A DNA stretch of 64,000 bases, taken from the NCBI GenBank assembly GCA_041288095.1, contig JBGGMJ010000105.1, positions 1-64,000 on the forward strand, in the 5' to 3' direction. The stretch comes from Myxococcota bacterium. Its GTDB lineage: Bacteria; Myxococcota; XYA12-FULL-58-9; JALHOP01. Below the pieces are notes generated by a model. It was not told the origin of the DNA and made no database searches. It saw only the letters and a list, made by a program, of their open reading frames with translations. This document shows, piece by piece, positions 61,301 through 64,000 of this stretch (positions within the stretch are counted from its first letter, which is position 1; the number at the start of each line of letters is the position of its first letter). The position numbers and the translations under genes are program-made.

Positions 61301-61879
61301 ATGGCGCTGATGATCGTCCTCGCCAGCACCTCGCGCCACCGCCGCGACCTCCTCACGCGTGCCGGCATCACCTTCGAGGCAGTACCGCCGGCAGTCGACG
61401 AAGAGGCGCTCAAGGACGACCGACCGCCGGAGCAGCTGGCCGCCTACCTCGCCCGAGCCAAGGCCGAGAGCATCGCTCGGCAGCGGCCGGACGACATCAT
61501 CGTCGGCTGCGATCAGGTCGCCGTGCATCGCGGCGAGGTGCTGGGAAAACCCGGCACGCGCGCCGCCGCCATCGCGCAACTGGGTCGCCTCGCTGGCGAT
61601 CGTCATCGCCTCGTGACCGCGATGACGGTCATGCACGGCGCCGAAGTCCACGAGCACCTCGAGATCGCCGAGCTCACCATGCGCGCCTTGTCGCCGGAGC
61701 AGATCGCCCGCTATGTCGATGCCGACGGTCCCCTCGAGTGCTGCGGCAGCTACCGCCTCGAATCGCGCGGTATCACGCTCTTCGAAACGGTCACGTCGAG
61801 CGATCACAGCGCCATCGTCGGCCTTCCACTCCTCGCGCTCGTGCGGTTCCTCGCCAAGCTCGGCGTCGTGTTGCCGTGA
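61301..61879 (+). CDS. maf: Maf-family nucleotide pyrophosphatase (YceF-like)
   Basis: VLASTSRHRRDLL, VDE, KA, GCDQV, LGKP, CCGSYRLE, IVGLP. Confidence 0.92.
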   Translation: MALMIVLASTSRHRRDLLTRAGITFEAVPPAVDEEALKDDRPPEQLAAYLARAKAESIARQRPDDIIVGCDQVAVHRGEVLGKPGTRAAAIAQLGRLAGDRHRLVTAMTVMHGAEVHEHLEIAELTMRALSPEQIARYVDADGPLECCGSYRLESRGITLFETVTSSDHSAIVGLPLLALVRFLAKLGVVLP

Positions 61880-62823
61880 GCAGCCGCACCACCGAATGGC
61901 TCGTGACCTACGACGGTGTGCGCCTGCGTTATGGCCGCTGGCAGGTCGACAAACCCAAGGCCGTCGCGGTGATCCTCACGGGCCGCAACGAATTCGTCGA
62001 GAAGTACGACGAGATCGCGCGCGAGCTGAACGAGCGCCAATTCGACGTCTGGACCTTGGACTGGCGCGGCCAAGGCATGTCGACGCGCGCCCTGCCGAAT
62101 CGTCAGCGTGGCTATGTCGCGAGCTTCGCTTGGTACCTCTCCGACCTGCGCGCCTTCTTGCAGCGGATCGAGGAGACCACGCCCGATCTGCCGCGTTTCA
62201 TCTTCGGCCATTCGATGGGTGGCCACATCACGCTGCGCTACTTGCATGACTTCCCCGAGTCGGTGACCGCGGCCGTGGTCACCGCGCCGATGATCGACAT
62301 GACGACGCGACGGTTCCCGCCAGGCCTTGCGCGCGTCGTCGTCGAGCTCGGCATGCTGAGCCGGCTCGCCCACCGCTACATCCCGGGCATGCGCGACTAC
62401 GATCCCTCCGAAGACCTCTTCGACACCAACGAGAACACCAGTGACCGTGACCGCTTCGAGCGCCGCGTCCGCCTCTTGAGCGAGAACCCTGAGCTCCTCC
62501 TTGGCGGCGTGACCTTCGGTTGGCTCGATGCCGCGTTCAGGTCGATCGCGCTGTTGCAGCGACCCGAATATCTACGCGCCGTCACCACGCCGCTGCTCAT
62601 GTTCGCGGCGATGGACGACCGGGTCGTGAACACCTCGGCGATCGAGCACGCCGCCCGGGACCTACCGAATTGTCAACTCGTGCACCTCCACGGCTCCCGC
62701 CACGAGGTCATGCACGAGAACGACCGAGTTCGCGGCGAGTTCTGGCGTCACGTCGACGCCTTCCTGGCGGCGCACCTGCCCGCGCGGATTCCGAAGCAAC
62801 GCCGCCGCAACGCAGCGCGATAA
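61876..62823 (+). CDS. pldB: Lysophospholipase L2-like alpha/beta hydrolase
   Basis: GRNEFVEKY, DWRGQGMS, GHSMGG, DDRVV, SRHE; GTGA overlap with maf. Confidence 0.85.
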   Translation: MSSRTTEWLVTYDGVRLRYGRWQVDKPKAVAVILTGRNEFVEKYDEIARELNERQFDVWTLDWRGQGMSTRALPNRQRGYVASFAWYLSDLRAFLQRIEETTPDLPRFIFGHSMGGHITLRYLHDFPESVTAAVVTAPMIDMTTRRFPPGLARVVVELGMLSRLAHRYIPGMRDYDPSEDLFDTNENTSDRDRFERRVRLLSENPELLLGGVTFGWLDAAFRSIALLQRPEYLRAVTTPLLMFAAMDDRVVNTSAIEHAARDLPNCQLVHLHGSRHEVMHENDRVRGEFWRHVDAFLAAHLPARIPKQRRRNAAR

Positions 62824-62897
62824 CCGTTATGGTTACATCCCTCCCGTCCTAGTTTCCCGATTCCCTAAACAGCCTTCCCTTAAACCTGGACTTCAAC

Positions 62898-63329
62898 ATG
62901 CCTTACCGTATCGGTGGGGACGCCGCTCCGCGCGCGCGTCAGTCTCAGCCTGTCACCTATACCGAAGAGCGCGTCGTGCGCCGCGTGAGTGGGCCGGATG
63001 GTTACGTCCGCCGCTACGCCGGCAACGCCGAGAACGACGATTGGGATCGTCCGGTCAAAGTGAAGATGGTCGAGGAACCGAAGAAAGAGCCGGGCTACCT
63101 CGAGAAAATCGGCCGTAACGGCGGCACCTTGCTCGCTACGGCGGCCGGTGTCGGCGGCATGGCCACCTTCTTCTACGGTGGCTTCCTCGCCATCGGTGGC
63201 TCGCACGCGGTTCCCGGCATCGGCCACATCCCCACCGCCGGCGTCGCGCCCGGTGCGCTGATGCTCGGCGGCTTCCTGGCCATGGCGGCCGGCGGCGCCC
63301 TGTACCACTGGATCAAGCCCAAGAAGTAA
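62898..63329 (+). CDS. Hypothetical protein with C-terminal Gly-zipper hydrophobic hairpin
   Basis: LLATAAGVGGMATFFYGGFLAIGG ... GALMLGGFLAMAAGGALY; followed by a hairpin. Confidence 0.75.
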   Translation: MPYRIGGDAAPRARQSQPVTYTEERVVRRVSGPDGYVRRYAGNAENDDWDRPVKVKMVEEPKKEPGYLEKIGRNGGTLLATAAGVGGMATFFYGGFLAIGGSHAVPGIGHIPTAGVAPGALMLGGFLAMAAGGALYHWIKPKK

Positions 63330-63356
63330 TTAGGTCGAAACCCCACCATGAACCTT

Positions 63357-63391
63357 AGGCCCGAGGGATGCCCGCCGCGTCCCTCGGGCCT
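63357..63391 (+). terminator. Strong stem-loop after the 62898 gene
   Basis: AGGCCCGAGGGATG ... CGTCCCTCGGGCCT; U tract is weak. Confidence 0.6.
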
Positions 63392-63427
63392 CTGTGTTTG
63401 GTCAGAGGCGGGCTTTATTCTAGAGCC

Positions 63428-64000
63428 ATGGGAAAGGCCCAGCTCGACCTGTTCAGCGGTCCTGCCGCCATCATCGACAGCGGTGTGGCGCCCGCGCATG
63501 TGTCCACCGAGCTCGCCGAGCTGGCGGTAGCGCTGCCCCACGGTGTCCGCTTCGGCACATCGTCCTGGTCGTTCCCGGGTTGGCGCGGGCTCGTCTACGC
63601 CGATACGCACAACGTCTCGACCCTCGCCGCGCATGGCCTCGCCGCCTACGCGAAGCACCCGTTGTTTCGCGCCGTCGGTCTCGACCGCACTTATTACGGC
63701 CCCATCGACCGTGACGCCTTCCGCGCTTACGCCGAGGTCGTGCCCGACGACTTCCGCTTCTTGGTGAAGGCGCACGAGCTGTGCACCATCCACCGCTATC
63801 CGCTGCATGCCCGTTATGGCGCACAGCGTGGTCAGCTCAATCCGTATTTTCTCGACGCCGCCTACGCTGGCGATGCGGTGGTCGCGCCGTGTGTCGAAGG
63901 CTTGAAGGACAAGCTCGGCGCCATCCTCTTTCAATTTTCGCCGCAAGACGTGCACGCTTTGGGCGGCTCGCCCGGCTTCGCGCCTGCCTTGAAGACCTTC
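63428..64000 (+). CDS. Second DUF72 family protein, truncated by the window edge (not in ORF track)
   Basis: Manual translation gives MGKAQLDLF...RFGTSSWSFPGWRGLVY...VGLDRTYY...FRFLVKA...LFQFSP. Confidence 0.88.
   Translation, partial: MGKAQLDLFSGPAAIIDSGVAPAHVSTELAELAVALPHGVRFGTSSWSFPGWRGLVYADTHNVSTLAAHGLAAYAKHPLFRAVGLDRTYYGPIDRDAFRAYAEVVPDDFRFLVKAHELCTIHRYPLHARYGAQRGQLNPYFLDAAYAGDAVVAPCVEGLKDKLGAILFQFSPQDVHALGGSPGFAPALKTF

Noticed and set aside
60613..61875. Apparent 736-aa fusion ending in the lysophospholipase
   Set aside because: The upstream part is an off-frame read through maf and the lipoprotein gene; the real start is GTG 61876.

Overview
High-GC bacterial chromosomal window, most likely Myxococcota (aibRABC-mvaS operon, Ser/Thr kinases, FHA and DUF4388 proteins, Cys-rich lipoproteins). 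It is densely coding; I saw no rRNA, tRNA, CRISPR array or transposase. Recognisable genes include gcvP, ada/alkB, rlmL-like, lhr, the alternative isovaleryl-CoA pathway (aib/mvaS), frmA/fghA, opgG-like, a CreBC-like two-component system with a CreD-like gene, tandem S9 peptidases and two DUF72 genes. The best candidate for an undescribed system is a compact RiPP-like cluster at 13.5-16.9 kb: radical SAM with degenerate SPASM, PqqD/RRE, HPr-kinase-like P-loop protein, a 72-aa precursor with a Tat-like/YxxP leader and four CxP motifs, and a convergent nucleotidyltransferase. It has no lasso cyclase, protease or transporter. Just upstream is a 1499-aa toxin-like protein with a C-terminal HExxH motif. 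Non-coding signals read from the sequence include a recurring sigma28-like CAAC-N15/16-(C/A)CGAT motif before four unrelated genes, sigma54 promoters before both Ser/Thr kinases (one with an IHF site), an Ada box, an AibR palindrome, cre-tag-like 11-bp repeats and a REP/MITE-like hairpin. All family assignments come from motif recognition, not from database searches.
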